Shown piece after piece: positions 39,401 to 57,240 of a stretch of 64,000 nt of DNA. Position 1 is the stretch's first letter. The number at the start of each line of letters is the position of its first letter. Source of the DNA: the human T2T-CHM13v2.0 reference genome, Homo sapiens; assembly GCF_009914755.1 (NCBI RefSeq), contig NC_060933.1, one strand, 5' to 3'. The notes beneath the pieces are model-generated. The model was not told where the DNA came from and did no database searches. It saw only the letters and a program-made list of their open reading frames with translations. The translations under genes were made by a program, and so were the position numbers.

Positions 39401-40309
39401 ACACCACATAGCAATTACATCCTGTGTAATTGCAGGTCTACTCAATTTCAGGCTGAAAAGAAAAATTTGTTTCTCTGCACAAAATAAAACATGGTTTTGA
39501 ATTTATTTAAGCAAATGTTATTGCTTTTTCCAACTCATAACCTTCTGCATCTTTTCATAGGTTAGGTTCCCGTGGGGAGTTGTGGGATCCAGTTAAAGTT
39601 ACCATTACTTTGGCTAGAGCTTTTCTTAAATTTGGAGGCTACCTCTATAAGTCAAGATGGTATATTTCAAATGGAATATTTTGCATGTATATTCTTCTGT
39701 CATCACCCCTAACTGTAACTTCTCAACTATAAGGAGAAAGTTTTCAGAGTAAGAGTGGGTTGAAAATACAGTGCTTTTAAATCTCATTATCCATAGTAAT
39801 TATTTATTCCAGATACTTTAATCTCTTAAGTTTAAAACAATGCTAATAACCAGGACACCTATTTTTACATTAAAAGTAAGTGATTAGTGACTAAAGTTAT
39901 TGCTCATGGAAACATAAAGATACTGGAAGGGAGGGTTGTTTCTTTTTCCTTTTTTTTTTTTTTTAACTTTGTACAAACCTCTGCCATATTACGCATTTTT
40001 GGCTATTTTTCCAAACTGGTCCATCAAGGATGAGTTGTTTACCATGTGGAATGCAGAAAAATTTTTTCCAAGACTTAGGTGTGCTTTTATAAATAGTAGA
40101 TTTACTTTTAATTTGAATCTATCTCATGTATGTATGTACTGAGTTTATTGTTTTTCATTCCAAATAATACTCTAATTATATTAGTATATGTCATAAGATA
40201 CTGCAAGAAATTATTTTAAGCTTGTTAAAATTTTTTTTCCTTCATTGAAGGCTTGCTTTTATTAAGTACGTTAATGCCTATTAAATGTTTTGTGTACAAG
40301 ATTAATTTT

Positions 40310-41620
<1,311 letters not shown>

Positions 41621-42077
41621 TATGTTTTCTTCTTGATTTCCCTTTGCATCTTCATGTTAGATATTTTGAGTAAATATTTTTCTAAATCATTTAAATAATT
41701 TCCAAAAAATAATATAGTAGTTTTATAATCAGAAAGTTGCTTTTGTATTTTGGGAGTTATCATTACTGAGCCTGTTAGTTTTGAAAATTTATAATGTTAA
41801 TTATATAATTACAAATTTCACAGTTCAGTAGATTCTTTGGTATAATAATCTAGTTACTTAGTAGATATTGAACACTTAAGGGTATAATTGAAGGTGATGA
41901 TACTTAAACAACTTCTAGAATTTCCCTTGCTTTAAGCTTGTGTCTACTATTAATATATACGGTAGTTGATGATAGTGTCAATGATCTGTATTTTCATATT
42001 TTAATTCTTTTGACTGTGTCCCAAATCTTATGTCTCACTTTATTGAATTATAGCTGCTCTGTTCACAAGCAGTTTTA

Positions 42078-44434
<2,357 letters not shown>

Positions 44435-45017
44435 TCACAAAGTCATTCACATTTATGATAAGTAATAGAACATGGGAAGTACATCTGGATATTGGGATTT
44501 GCATTTTTGTCAGGAGTCCTTCTTAAATAATTATATAAGAGTTCTTATAGTTAACACGGTAAGGAAGAAAACAGTGGATTTTACTGTTAACTGAGGGGTG
44601 TTAGATTTTTATAGTCTCAGGCCATATCTCATTATCAAAACCAAAAGCATAAGTGGGAAGTAAGTTGGTGCTTTGTATGCTTCCCTTGGTTGTGAAAATT
44701 AGCATCAGTAATGATAGGTAATACCTTTTGCCTAGATTAAGCCAATGAAGTTTCTCAATTTCTGCACCCCTGAGTTCCTTCTCTTGGGTGCAGCTTCAGT
44801 TGGTTCTGCTACCACCAAGACCTCCTCTGGCCTCTGTGGTTCTAAAATAATTCTGATTTAGTCTTTCCATTTCCCCTCAGCTGAAATATGACAGTTAATG
44901 TGTTTGAGAATGATTGATGTTCATATGTGTGGCATTTTGCCTTTGAAATGGAAATTTAAAAATCACTGAAATTCTAGTTTGATTTGCAATCTGACAGGTT
45001 TTTTTGTCTTTTCTTAG

Positions 45018-45143
<126 letters not shown>

Positions 45144-48100
45144 TGTCTACTCAGAATACGTTTACCCTCCGTCTTGATTAGGTGGCCTTTTCTGTGCAGT
45201 TACTAATCACAGGAATTTGGTAGTAGTGAAAATCAGGTTTGCTGTGTTCTGCTTTGAGGCCTGGAATCTTTTATCATTAAACACCTAGTACGAAGCATTT
45301 GCAGGAACCTACTGTGCAGTATCATAGAAGCAAGCAGATACCAAGCAAAAAACTGATGATTGAAGAGTAAATGGGGGAAAAGGCAGTGTTTAATTAACAT
45401 AAAAACTCATTTTTGTATTTCTTGGATTACTTTGACTATTCTAATGTTTAATTACATATGGTAACCCTAAGGCCTGGGGAGAAAAGCTTTTAAATCTTGC
45501 CTTCTTTCTTCTGTACTTTGTCTTTTTAAAATCTCATTACTATCTATTATTTAGTTCTAACACAGAAGCTTTAAAAATACATAGTCATCCAAGGTTTTCT
45601 AAAAATTGAAATCATATGTTGGGAATGGTAAAAAGGTTTTCAAATGGTTTATTTTTCCTCTTTTATAAATAAGTTTTACAAAATTTTCCTCTTTTGTTTA
45701 TTGACTAGATTGTATATAATTTTCTTTTTTCCAAAATATTGTGATAAGAAATTTCTAGACACAACAGCTTAAAATCACCCAAATTTCAGTTCTTTACCTA
45801 CTGCACTAACAATGGCAAGGGGGGTATTCTTTATATGTTGCCTTGTTTAACTACAGTTCTTTTCATTCCATCACTTTAGGTGATGGGTAAGATTTTTGAA
45901 AGCCTTATATTTTTTGATTTTGTTGTCTAGTTTAATCCTACCTTTAATAGTTGTGTTTGGTGTTTGGTAAAATTCCCACTTGAATGTGACACTGATAATA
46001 ATTATGCTGATTTTTAGCATCTCTTATAGGAATCAAAGTTTATTAAAGTTACATAGAGGATTGAAAAATGTATATCACTCAATTTTTATCTAAGAAGGAT
46101 AGGTTATAAAGGGAGGTACCTAAATACTCAAATAATGTATATATTCTTTTTCATAACATATGGAATGCTTTAAGCAATTGTTTTGAAAAAAATCTGCGTA
46201 TCTTTGACTTAATTGGCACATGACTTTTTCAAGCAGCCATTCATTCAGAGGTTTGTTTTCTCTCAGTCCTTTTGCTACATTCACTTTCTTTTCAAAGAAA
46301 TGTTAATTATTACAAAAATTGACATAGATATCTTTCCCAAACTTGGGGTAAAACCCATGGTTATGTGGAACATAACTGTTCTTAAAAAGTCAATTATAAT
46401 TTGTAACTCACATCCTTTGAGCTAAACTAAATTAAAATTACAGTATTTAATAATTCTTTGGGCATTTTTAAGAGGTCTGAATTTGTATTTTTCTTCATTT
46501 TTGAAACTTTACATTTGTTGACTTTTTTTCATTCTCATTTAAAATATATTGTGCTATGATAACCAACCTTCTTCCAAGGAGTGACCATTACTGCCTACAT
46601 TTGCGTTGCTTTCTACATAGAGACTTGTATAATAGTATTAATAGTAGCTCATTCTCTCTAAAAATTTACTGCCCACTGATAGGATGTTTTGTTTCCTTGA
46701 TAAAACAAATGTAAATGAGGAATTTTATTTGAATTGGAATATTGTTTTTCTAGAGGACATTCATATCTGCACTATTATCTGATGACATGTTGGTAATTTT
46801 AAAGACTGCAAGGCAGTTTAGAGAATGAAGTAAACCAATAGATACTCTTTTGATTCTCCAAAGAAATATAATTTTGGTTTTTGTTCCTCAGAGAGAGTTT
46901 GAAAGAAATTTTCAGATGTTCTGTTCCCTATAGAGGGCCTATTCCAGGATCTAAATGAATGGGAATTTATAATTCCTTTCATAGACTCAAACCTGAAAGC
47001 AGAAATTTTTAGTAGTTGAGTTGCTTTAAGTGAATTTTAACAAATATGACACAGAAAAGGTCAGATGCTGTTGTATAAAATTTTTTACTAGTGTGTCTTA
47101 TATAATTCTTTCTTCTCATTAATTCAGTGCCTTTTTCCTCTAAGCATACTCTTGGTCCATGCCCCATGCAGTGTCAACTGATGTTTAAGCTACAGAGCAT
47201 TGTTGTAGTGGTGAGGGCCCTCTGTTGCAGGGGCATGGGGAAATGCATATATTAATCAGGGGCTGGAGGAGTATACATGATTCTTGTGTTCATGTTGTCA
47301 TTTGAAACTCTTCACATAAAATTTTCTAATATTCATTTGGAAAACCTCTCCACTGGAGAGGTTTCATCTCTGAGAGGTTTTGTAATAATAGTGTAAGTTC
47401 AGTAAATCCAGTCCAAATTCTCATCACATGTATTATTTGATACTAAATTTTCAATTATTACTTCAAAATAAGAGTCTGAGGATTTCTTCTTACTGGCGTT
47501 CTTAAAGGTCTCTAAAATTAAAGAACAAGATGTGGTTTTTTGTTTAAGACGTTTTTAGTTTATTTGTTGTTAAGTTAAACTGGAGAAAGTTTGTCATCCT
47601 CATTTTCAAACTGAAAACTAATCAAATATAGTGCCTATTTAGTCTCAAAATAAGGTAACTATTAACTTGATTATACTATATAATATTCTCAATTACATTT
47701 GAATTTAAAAATATTGAGCTCTTGATTACAATTTAATACATTGTAAAAAGTATTAAATCCTTTGAAACATCTTTTGTTGCTTATTTAGTTTTTGTTTCTA
47801 CAGGTCAAACATGATTGCTTTCTATAAAAGAAATGCTTGAGAGGTTGACTATAATGGATATGTCACAGGTATAAAACAGTTGTTTTCTAAAAACATGCAT
47901 TTAGTATGGCATTCTCTTTTAGCAACTGAATTCCCAACGAGTTTTATTAAGCTGGATATCGAAATGAAGGAGCTGCCTTAAGCACTTTAGAAAAAGAATT
48001 TTTTTACAATTCATTTTGACTCTCATGGCTGACCATGTCATTATGTCTTTAAATTTTGGTAAATATGTAGATACCAAGCATTAATAACTAATGCACACAG

Positions 48101-51100
48101 AAATTTAATATACAGCAATTCTTTGAATGTTCCAGGTGTACGTAAACTAACTGAAAGTATTAAGGACATGCCTGTCTATACATGGGTTTCATTGATGGTA
48201 TCTGTATCATCTTGACAAATCGTGAACTGCTGCTGTATGGCTAGACTTTGCCTATTTACTCTGTTATGCAAACAGTAATTTTTCCCTATGTTATGAAGAG
48301 AGACATATTGGCTTGCTTTAATTTACTTATTTATGAAATTAAAGCATGAATAATATGTATAATTTGAATTTTTTGTGACTGATCCTTGGCAGTATAAATG
48401 ATAAAAGTAAATGTAATGGAATCTTTTAATTAGGCTAAGATATGCTATTTCATAACTTATGTAGAATGATTTTTATCTATATACTTTGTCCATAAAATTA
48501 TAATTGTTTATGTAATTTTATTGTTTCTTATGGAAACAATTGGTAAAGTATATGGAAAATGATTATTTCAAAGAATATTTATTTAAAGAGGGAAGTGTAG
48601 ACTTCTTACTGTAAAATATGTGATTCCAGGCTTAAGAAATTGATTATATTTTAAAATAATTATTTTTTTAAAAACGTAATTTGTTTTTAAAAGATGAGTC
48701 TCCATTCATTGGCTAATCCATACAGCAAATATTTGAGTGTTTGTGATATGGCAGTAAAAATGTGATTACTTTGTATGTACATTAACCAAAACCAGTGAAG
48801 TTTGATGGACTGTGCATAGAGTTTTGCAGCTTTTGAGTAGTGTGACAGAGTTTGCCTCTTAAAATTGTTTTGCTAATAAGTCAGAAGTTTAAAATGTGTT
48901 ATAGTTTGCTAAAAAAAAATCAAATTAACTGCATATAAAATGGTTCACTTTTATATAGTCACATGTAATGGGCCTGAAAAAGTTTCTTCTTTGATTATGT
49001 AGTTACTCTAGATACATTCTTTTAGGGAAGTGTATGGTCAACATATATTTACTCAGTATACAGATAACCACAAAGTTGTTATTTTTAACCAAAATATACA
49101 TTTCATAATGTTGGCACTGGAGTATTATAAGAGATCATGAATGTTTCCTTAATTATCATGGCAAGATTACCTCACGTTCAGTATAGTTTAGTTTTGTGTG
49201 TATCTTACAGTATGCATGTTCTGAAATTATTTGTGATCCTGATATGTCACATATAATAGCTTTGTTACCTGGAGTATTTGATTAACCTAAACAGTTTAAG
49301 CATTTTGAATTAGTTGGAGTTTAAATGGATTACATTTGGTGTATATTGTCTTCATTGAAAAGATATTGTTGGATATGCCACATCAGAGTTAGCATTGACT
49401 TATAAATAAATACCAGAATTTACCAGAGTACACTTTTCTCTTCAGATGACTCAATTATTAAATAAAAGAATATTTCTTATTTCTGGGTCAATATAAGGTA
49501 CTGACTTCTGATGCATAATCACTTAAGCTATGTGAGTTTAAACTGGTATCTTTTCTTAGTGGTACCCATTCAATGTAAGCTGGTCCATGGGAATGGACAT
49601 GAAGAGGATTTCACAGTATGTAGAGCAGAAGGCACGTGAATGTGTTTGCTTTGGCTTGGAGCTTATTAAGTTTTGACTACGGTTAAAATAAGTCAAATAG
49701 TAAGTGGTAAAACACATTTTTGTTAGTATTGGAACTTTCTGGAGAACATAAGGGCTATGAGAATGCATATATATATTTTTTAACATTTCCTATATATCTA
49801 AGGTACCAAAGCACTGAGTCTAATTTACCTATTAAGGGAGACTCTTTAAAATCAACTTTATAACTAATTCATACTATAAGACAGATAATAGCTAAAGTTT
49901 TGGAATAATTTATATTAAAAGCCGCAAGTCTTAAAAATCCCTGGATATGACATAAAAAGGATTTTGGCTTCTTTTTTGAAGTATTTAAAATTAATCACCT
50001 TAGCTCTACCATATACTAGATCTGTGACCGCTACACAAATTGTTTATCATCTTTGGGTCTCTATTGCCTTCTTTATAAAATAAGTGTAAGTTGTTCAGCC
50101 TGCCTCACAGGGCTGTTGTGAGGAAATAAAATGAAATGGAGTATGTGAAATTGCTTCAGCAACAGCAAAGTGCTACGTAAATGTAAAGTGTTGTTTTTAG
50201 CTAATAATGGATTTAAGTGTTTGGATAATTGTAGATGCATTTACTTTGATAAAGCGTGTGCTTAAAGTGGTATCACCAGTGATTTCTAACATGATTTTAA
50301 AAAAATAAAACCCCAATTAAAATGTTCTTTAATATTCATTTAATTTGTGCATGACTTGTGGCCTTTTTGTATTTTCTCAAGCCTATTACTCTAGAGCTGT
50401 AAAAGCTCTTGCACAGCATTGTTGTGTCAGTGTAGAATAGTGGCATAAATAAATGAATTAAGCTACATTTCCATGCAGGCATTTGCACTTTGAAGTTAGG
50501 GCTGCCCAGTGCCACATGCAAAGAGTGTATTTGGTCTAAACAGTTCTTTCCAAACAACCAAATGGCTGGGCAGCTTGTTGTCACGGATAAATGATATAAA
50601 ATGTAACCACTGAACATTTGACAACTTTGTTGCATTATCATTTTTAAAAAAAGATGAAGCATTTCAAAATCTCGTTAACCTGGTTATCTCTTGGTATCTC
50701 TCCTGACATATTTGTTTTGCTTTAAATTGGATTAAATGGTTTACAGGTTATCTGAATCTACAGATTTAGTATGTCTATTATCTGGACATGATTTTGCTAT
50801 GCAGTTGTGATAATAAAAATTCTAATTCCTCAGGTTTGGCCTTTTAAGTTATGGCTGAAGACCTTTAATGAACTACTTATGATGCACTCAGTGCCATACA
50901 ATAGTGTTTTAAGAAGCACATGGCCTCATTTTCCTTAGAAACAAGACAAAGCCTTTTTAAAATGTTTTTTTTTCACTTTAAAATAGGGTATTCAAAGTGG
51001 AGTAACGTGTATTTTGAAATGATTTTGTGTTCTATATAGAATGTCCCAGTTAAGATTTTACAGAAGCACCTGGAATATCTCATTAAAAATTTAAAAACTC

Positions 51101-51105
51101 TTTTC
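45144..51105 (+). other. FSD1L: Long AT-rich FSD1L 3' UTR (end approximate)
   Basis: ~6 kb free of Alu/L1 after the stop; poly-A signals AATAAA at 49405, 49461, 50125, 50304 and 50812, and ATTAAA at 51082 followed by a T-rich tract. Confidence 0.65.
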
Positions 51106-51232
51106 CTGCTCTCTTTTGCTTCATTGTTTGATTTTATTAACTTTTATTTAAGTATAAATACAATATGCTGTTGGGGATGAGAATATAAAAAAAGTCATAG
51201 TTCCTTTGCCTAAAAAGCTTAACATTTTAGAG

Positions 51233-51385
51233 CACTACTGTTCAACAGAATTTTATGCAATTATGAAAAGTTATTTGTGCAGTCCAATACAGTAGTGACT
51301 GGCCATAGGCAGCTACTGAGCACTTTATATGTGGCTACATAGAGTTGCATATTGCTAATAGCCACTGTTTTGAACAGTGTACCTA
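51233..51385. mobile_element. MER3-like hAT relic
   Basis: gtccaatacagtag...ctactgagcactt...gtggcta. Confidence 0.55.
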
Positions 51386-52629
51386 CAGATGGAAAATGAA
51401 ACATGCTATGTTAGTAACTATAATATTACTTATGAATTTGGTTTCTTTGGATCTTGCTACATGTTGGGTTACATTTTGGTAGATGGTAACTAAGAGTCAG
51501 AATCAGAACCTAAACATTTTTAAAATTCTTGCTCTAACTTGAAAACAGTTTAAAAGAAAAAAAATCAGTGAGACTGGAGCGCCTGTAACTAAGAAGTTAT
51601 GTAAGAAGAATGAAAGGAGACTGGATAGTCTTGAGTCACAGGAAGAAGAATGGACAAAGATTGATAAACCACTATAGAAGATGGAGAGTGAATGGGTGCA
51701 GCATTTCTGGAGAACAATTTTAGCAATATTAAGATTTTTAAATGCACATGCTCCTTAATTTCCTTTATAAGTATTTCTCTTACATATATACTCACAAAAA
51801 AGCCAATGTTCTTTGCAGCATTACCATAGCTAATAGTAGCAACCTAATTATTAATTGAAGACCTACAAATTTGGATGGACTTGGAGGTAAATTCCTTTTC
51901 CTTTTTTGGTAGCAAGGCACAGAACTGGTTCAAAAGGCCCAAGTTGCCTCAACAAAAGAATGTGATAACAGAATTTTGAAGGCTCCCCTTTTCTAACTTG
52001 CTGCACCAGCAAACTACCATATAAGTAGTGGTCTAGATATTATATATTCTGCACATTCCCCTCCCCAATAAATGTTATATAGACCATTATGACAATTGGC
52101 TTAATTAGAGCCTTTTCCTTGGTATACCAGTTCATTTGTGCCTGGCTGGGAGTTCTGTGGCATAAGAGCTCAGGATATTATGTGCACTCTACTTTTCTAC
52201 TAAACCCCATTTTACACTTACACTGCATGGTGTATTTGTATTTATTTATTTTTGCACAAGGTCAGCACAAGAGCAGATGGTTAGATTTTGGTATTTCCAT
52301 GTGATCCTACACAGCTGTTAAAGGATATGCTGTTAATGGAAGTGTATTCATGATATTAAACAAAAAAGTCATCCAGCAATATATACAGTACGATACAACG
52401 GGTGTGTGCATGCATGTATACTTGGGTAAGAGGGGACCCTGACCTGATCACCACACAGTCTTGCTGTGCTTCTCTTCATGGGATGAAAAATTGAGGAGCC
52501 AAGGGATTATGCCTACTTGGAATGCATGTTTCATTACCCACTTATATACTATATTATTGAAACAGTCTTTCGTTGTCTGAGATAACACCTGGAGTTCTTG
52601 TCCACTTATATACTACATTATTGAAACAG

Positions 52630-53388
52630 TCTTTCGTTGTCTGAGATAACACCTGGAGTTCTTGTCCCACCTCCAAGACGATTATGGAGCACGGACACAA
52701 AGGTGAGGTTAGAGTGAAAGTTTAATAAGGTGAAAGAAGAAAGCTCTCTGCCAGCAGAGAGGGGGTCCCGAACGGGAGTGCCCATCATGAGGCTGGGGTC
52801 CAGGTTTTTATGGACGGAAGGGGAAGGAATGTGCTTAGTCTGGGGGCTGTCTTGGCGAATGCGTGACTCGGCTTGGCCCGGGACCAGTCAGGAGGTGAAA
52901 TGATTCATAGATGCTGCTTAGCTTGGCCCAGGACCTATCAGAAGCTGAAGTGAAGTGTGGCCGAGGACCAATCGGGCTGAGGTGATGATACACAGCAGCT
53001 GGACTTACAGTCCTAACAAAGGAAAGTAGAGCGCCCATAGGAACTTACCAGAGCCCACTGTGCCCATGCCTACAAAAGGGGAATAAACTTTTCCTGGGAA
53101 CCTGCTGACAATACAAAGGACCAAGGCATTTCTATGCCAGGCCTTGTTCCCTTATCTGAGTGAGCTGGAGGTTTGTGCAAGTTTTTATCCAAATGGGCCG
53201 TAGGTTTTTCCATCTGTGCAGTCATGGGCATGTCTCCAGGCACAACACCCTGTGCTAGTTCCCTTATTGGTGCCTGCAGCTTTTTTCCCAGGCTGCTTTT
53301 TATATTATCTGGGGATAAGGCACTGACTCATGAGCCAGGGGCTCTCCAGGACCCTTCTCTTGTTACCTACCTAAGGTAAGCTAACTAA
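52630..53388 (-). mobile_element. ERV1-class solo LTR (MER-type, subfamily not assigned)
   Basis: Reverse LTR hallmarks by recall (gaaagtttaataa = reverse ATTAAA, gagagggggtcccgaa, tccctgtgctagttccc-like blocks). Confidence 0.65.
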
Positions 53389-56300
53389 CCGGATCCCCAC
53401 ACTCTTGCTGTGCCTCTCTTCATGGGATGAAAAATTGAGGAGCCAAGGGACTATGCCTACTTGGAATCCATGTTCCTTTACCCACAGAATTCTATACTAT
53501 GTTATCAGCCAGAACCCCAGGATTCCTTGCCTCATCAGCCTGAAGCTTGCTTCCAGGATATGTGCAGGCCTTTTGTCCAAATCCATCCTGAAAAAAGACT
53601 ACTACAGATGTATATACCCCTATGGCTGGCAGTTTGTGGGAAGTACAGATGAAGCTTGGATGTGCAGACTGAGTTGTCCACATGCATGCATGATAGGCCC
53701 CTGTGGCAGGCTTAAGCTAGAAGTAAAAAGAGACCCAGGGGATCAGGGAAGGGCAGGCCAACCTAGTATCACTTTCTAGTACACTTCTGAAGAATCTGCG
53801 AATCGCATATTTGAACCTAGATTTCTGTTCCTTGAGAATACATGTTAAAGTAGAAGAGTATAACATTTTATTTGTTGGTTAACGCTCAGCTATTTAGACA
53901 CTGAAAATATGTCAGGGTTGGCTTTCATTTGTATTCTTGGCCCAGACCCTACAAATGTTAGGAGTCGGCCAGGATCCTTACATGTGTGCACAGCTGAGTG
54001 GTTTATAGAACATGAATATTTACTTGTAAGAGAGGCTGTTTTTATGCATCCTTGTACCCACTCTTTCAGCTGTATTTGCTATCCAGATTAAAGCATACTG
54101 ACTTGACGTTTGCCATGAGCTGAGGGCTCACATTTGACCTTTCAGTATGCTTGATAAGTAACACTGCCACCAGTTTAGTTGTATATTTACCTTCAGTTAT
54201 GTTTGTTCCCAAACCTGCTTATGTAGGTGGTAGTCACTGTTGTAGTCATGTAAGTATGTAAACCAATTATATAAATATATAAACCAAAATAAATATGAAA
54301 TGAGTATGAAAAGGTACTTATAAGAAAAGTACGAGAACCATTAGAGATGAAGAGTTTAAAAAGTTGCAAAGTTAGTTGTGGCCAAAGTAATTGTGAGTGA
54401 TAGGGGAAGATTTTTAAAAATGAATTCCAGGACTCCAAATTTATATTCCTTCACTTGTATCTTTAAGTTCCTGGTCCATTTTACAGAAACAGAAACTACA
54501 AATGATGGATGATGCATTATGTCTATGGTTTTGTAAGAAAAACAGTGAGATACTCTAATCAGCTGGTCCATGCTTAAAATGAACTTAGTTCAAAACAGAA
54601 GATTGGCCATTGTAACCCTCTACTGAAACTGCCTTTTTGAGAAGGTTTATTCAGAACTAGATTTGTTATACACTTGGAAAGTATTTATTTCTAAGAACCT
54701 GATAATTTTTCCCTTTTCCTGTTACTTTTAATTATAATTTCCAAATATACAGAAAAGTAGAAAGCCAGTGCTTTGTGCTCATCACCTAATCAATTGTTAA
54801 CATTTTGCCATGTTTGTGCTATCTATTTTGTTTTAAAATGTCACCTGTAAGTATGCTATATGCATCCATGATGGCTTTTAAAAACAGCCACATTCTGTTA
54901 ACATTCTTAGCAAAATTAACAGTAATTCTGTACTATTATCTAATGGATCAGTCCATACTAAAATTTCAGTTGTCTCAGAAGTATCTTTTTACAGTTATCT
55001 TGTTCAAATCAAGATCTAGACAGGGTCCACACATTGTACTCCGTTACATCTCTTAAATATTTGATTTTACAATAGTTCCCTCTGCTTTTAAATGCCATTT
55101 ATGAAAAAAACTGAGGAATTTGTCTGGTAGAATGTCCCGTTTTCTGAATTTAGTTGCTTCTCTATATCCTGTATTAGATCTAGAGTTTGAGTAAATGCAG
55201 GTTCAATTTTTAGGCAAGAATCCTTCACAGGTGTGGCTGTGTACTTTCTATCACATCAGGAAGTACATAATATATGCTTGTCCCAAATTTAGTGAGATTA
55301 AGATCAGTGGGTTTAGGTGATGCCAGTCTATTATAAAGTTCCCCATCAACCTTTCACCTTAATTTTATCATCTATTGATGTTGCCCTTTCGATTATTTTA
55401 TTAGGAGTTACAAAATCGTGATTGTTTTATCATCCTCCATTTATTAGCTGGAACTCTTATAAGTACTTTGGTTACACTAAAATTCAATTCATACAAGAAA
55501 GGCAGGATAAATGCTTGATGTTTTCCCTTATCAAGTTTTAGAATATTTAATCTTCAACTTGGCAATCTTCAATCACGACTGAATTTTATTTTTTAAGGAG
55601 TCATTATAAACTCAAGAATTTTTATATTTGATGTGTTTCAATCAATAGCAAGTATGTGATGCTCAAGTTTTCCCATGTCCCATCACGTTAGCACCTGTGT
55701 TAATGATGCCATTAAGCTTTGATAACTTACTTCCTCTTGGTGTAACCTTCCACTTTTTTTTATTAACCTACTGAGTACCTACCCGTTCTGAGTGCATTGG
55801 ATGAGAGGACTTCAACAGTAAGCTTGTATGTGCATAGGAAATTTCTGGAAGGAAAAACAAAAAGTTGGTAAATGTCATAACCTGTAGGAAGTGAGGAAGA
55901 TTTTTTCTTCCTTTTCTTTCTGTACTGATAGAATTAAAAACAAAGCTTAGAAAACAAATATATGATGGGAGTATTTTCCGTTTTGTAGAAATAAATTATA
56001 ATTACAGTAACTGGTTTAGTGAATTATGGTTTTCAAAAATTTATAAGAAGATTAATATCTGAGCCTTAACAACCACCTTTTGGATTACACCGTTAAAAGA
56101 ACCAAAGTGAGAGGATCGCTTGAGGCCAAGAGTTCGAGACCAGCCTGGGCAAGATGGTGAGGACGCCCTCCCCCCCACCCCCGCCACACCCCGCCCTGCT
56201 AGCCCCCAACGTCTCTACAAAAAAAGAAAAGAAAAAAGTTAATCAGGTACAAAATTGTATCCAGCCTTAAACTGGAGGGCAACAGGTCGCTAAATCTTGA

Positions 56301-56629
56301 ATGTCATAAAGGCACCTCAACTTCATGAGGAATAGTGAACGCAGCTGCTATTTTCCACTCTATCCCCTAGCTCTACTAATTGTATCCAAACCAAACTTCA
56401 GGGAGTTATGCTGAATCCCTCTAGCAAAGCACACGCACTAAAAAAACCACTCGTTTATCAGAAGTTCACATTTAACGGGCTTGGAAAACGGCTCAGCTGC
56501 TGCCTCCAGTTCATCTTCCGCTGTCGAAAGCGTTTCAGAACTTAAACTCTCAGATTGCCTCAGTGCGCTGCTGTAGTTGTCAATTAGGCAAGAGATAAAA
56601 AAGGGCTTTGGCTAAGTGGCTAGATTATA

Positions 56630-57240
56630 AAAGCGAGGAATCGCCAGGGCTCAGTGAACTTCTGGCGGTGAGGATGCGACAAGAGTCACAGGAAAGCCGA
56701 GGCTGGGGCTGGACCGTGGGAACGTCCCAGCAGGAACCAAGCCAGCCTCCGCCGCTCAGCACTTGACGGCGGCTTTTGCGGCGGTTGCTGTGAGTGCCGT
56801 AAAGCGGAGCGGCTGCAGCCTGCTGTTGAGTGAGGTAAGGTACGGGAGGCTCAGGTCGGTACCCGGGGATGGGTGGGCGCCTTCAGACAGGTACCGCTGG
56901 CGACTCGGGTGCCCTTACCGGGCATCCTCCAGCATTCTGGGCACCTGCCTACCCCTTGGTGAGGAGGCCGGCCACAGGCTGAGCGCGCTCCGGGCTGGGT
57001 ACTCCTCAGTCAGTCCACGAGCATCGCGTGGTAGACTTCCACTTGGCCAGTCCTTCCCGCACTTCTGGGCGTGTCATCAGGTGAAATCTTAATCCTGGGA
57101 CAGATGAAAGGTTGGAGGACGATCGAGACTCTTGTAGTAGCCGGGTTAGGGTAGTGACCCCTGACCTCAGGTTATCCGCCCGCGTTGGCCTCTCAAAGTG
57201 CTGAGATTACAGCCGTGAGCCACCGCGCCCGGCCTGAAAT
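56630..57240. promoter_or_regulatory. FKTN: CpG-rich promoter region of FKTN
   Basis: Local CpG/GC peak surrounding a strong donor; identity from recalled FKTN 5' UTR and gene order. Confidence 0.8.
56790..56834 (+). other. FKTN: FKTN non-coding exon 1 (start approximate)
   Basis: ...gcggctgcagcctgctgttgagtGAG|gtaagg; matches my recollection of the fukutin mRNA 5' end; no FKTN coding sequence lies in the window. Confidence 0.72.

Noticed and set aside
56763-57092. 109-aa ORF over the FKTN promoter
   Set aside because: TTG start, reads through the exon 1 donor; CpG-island artefact
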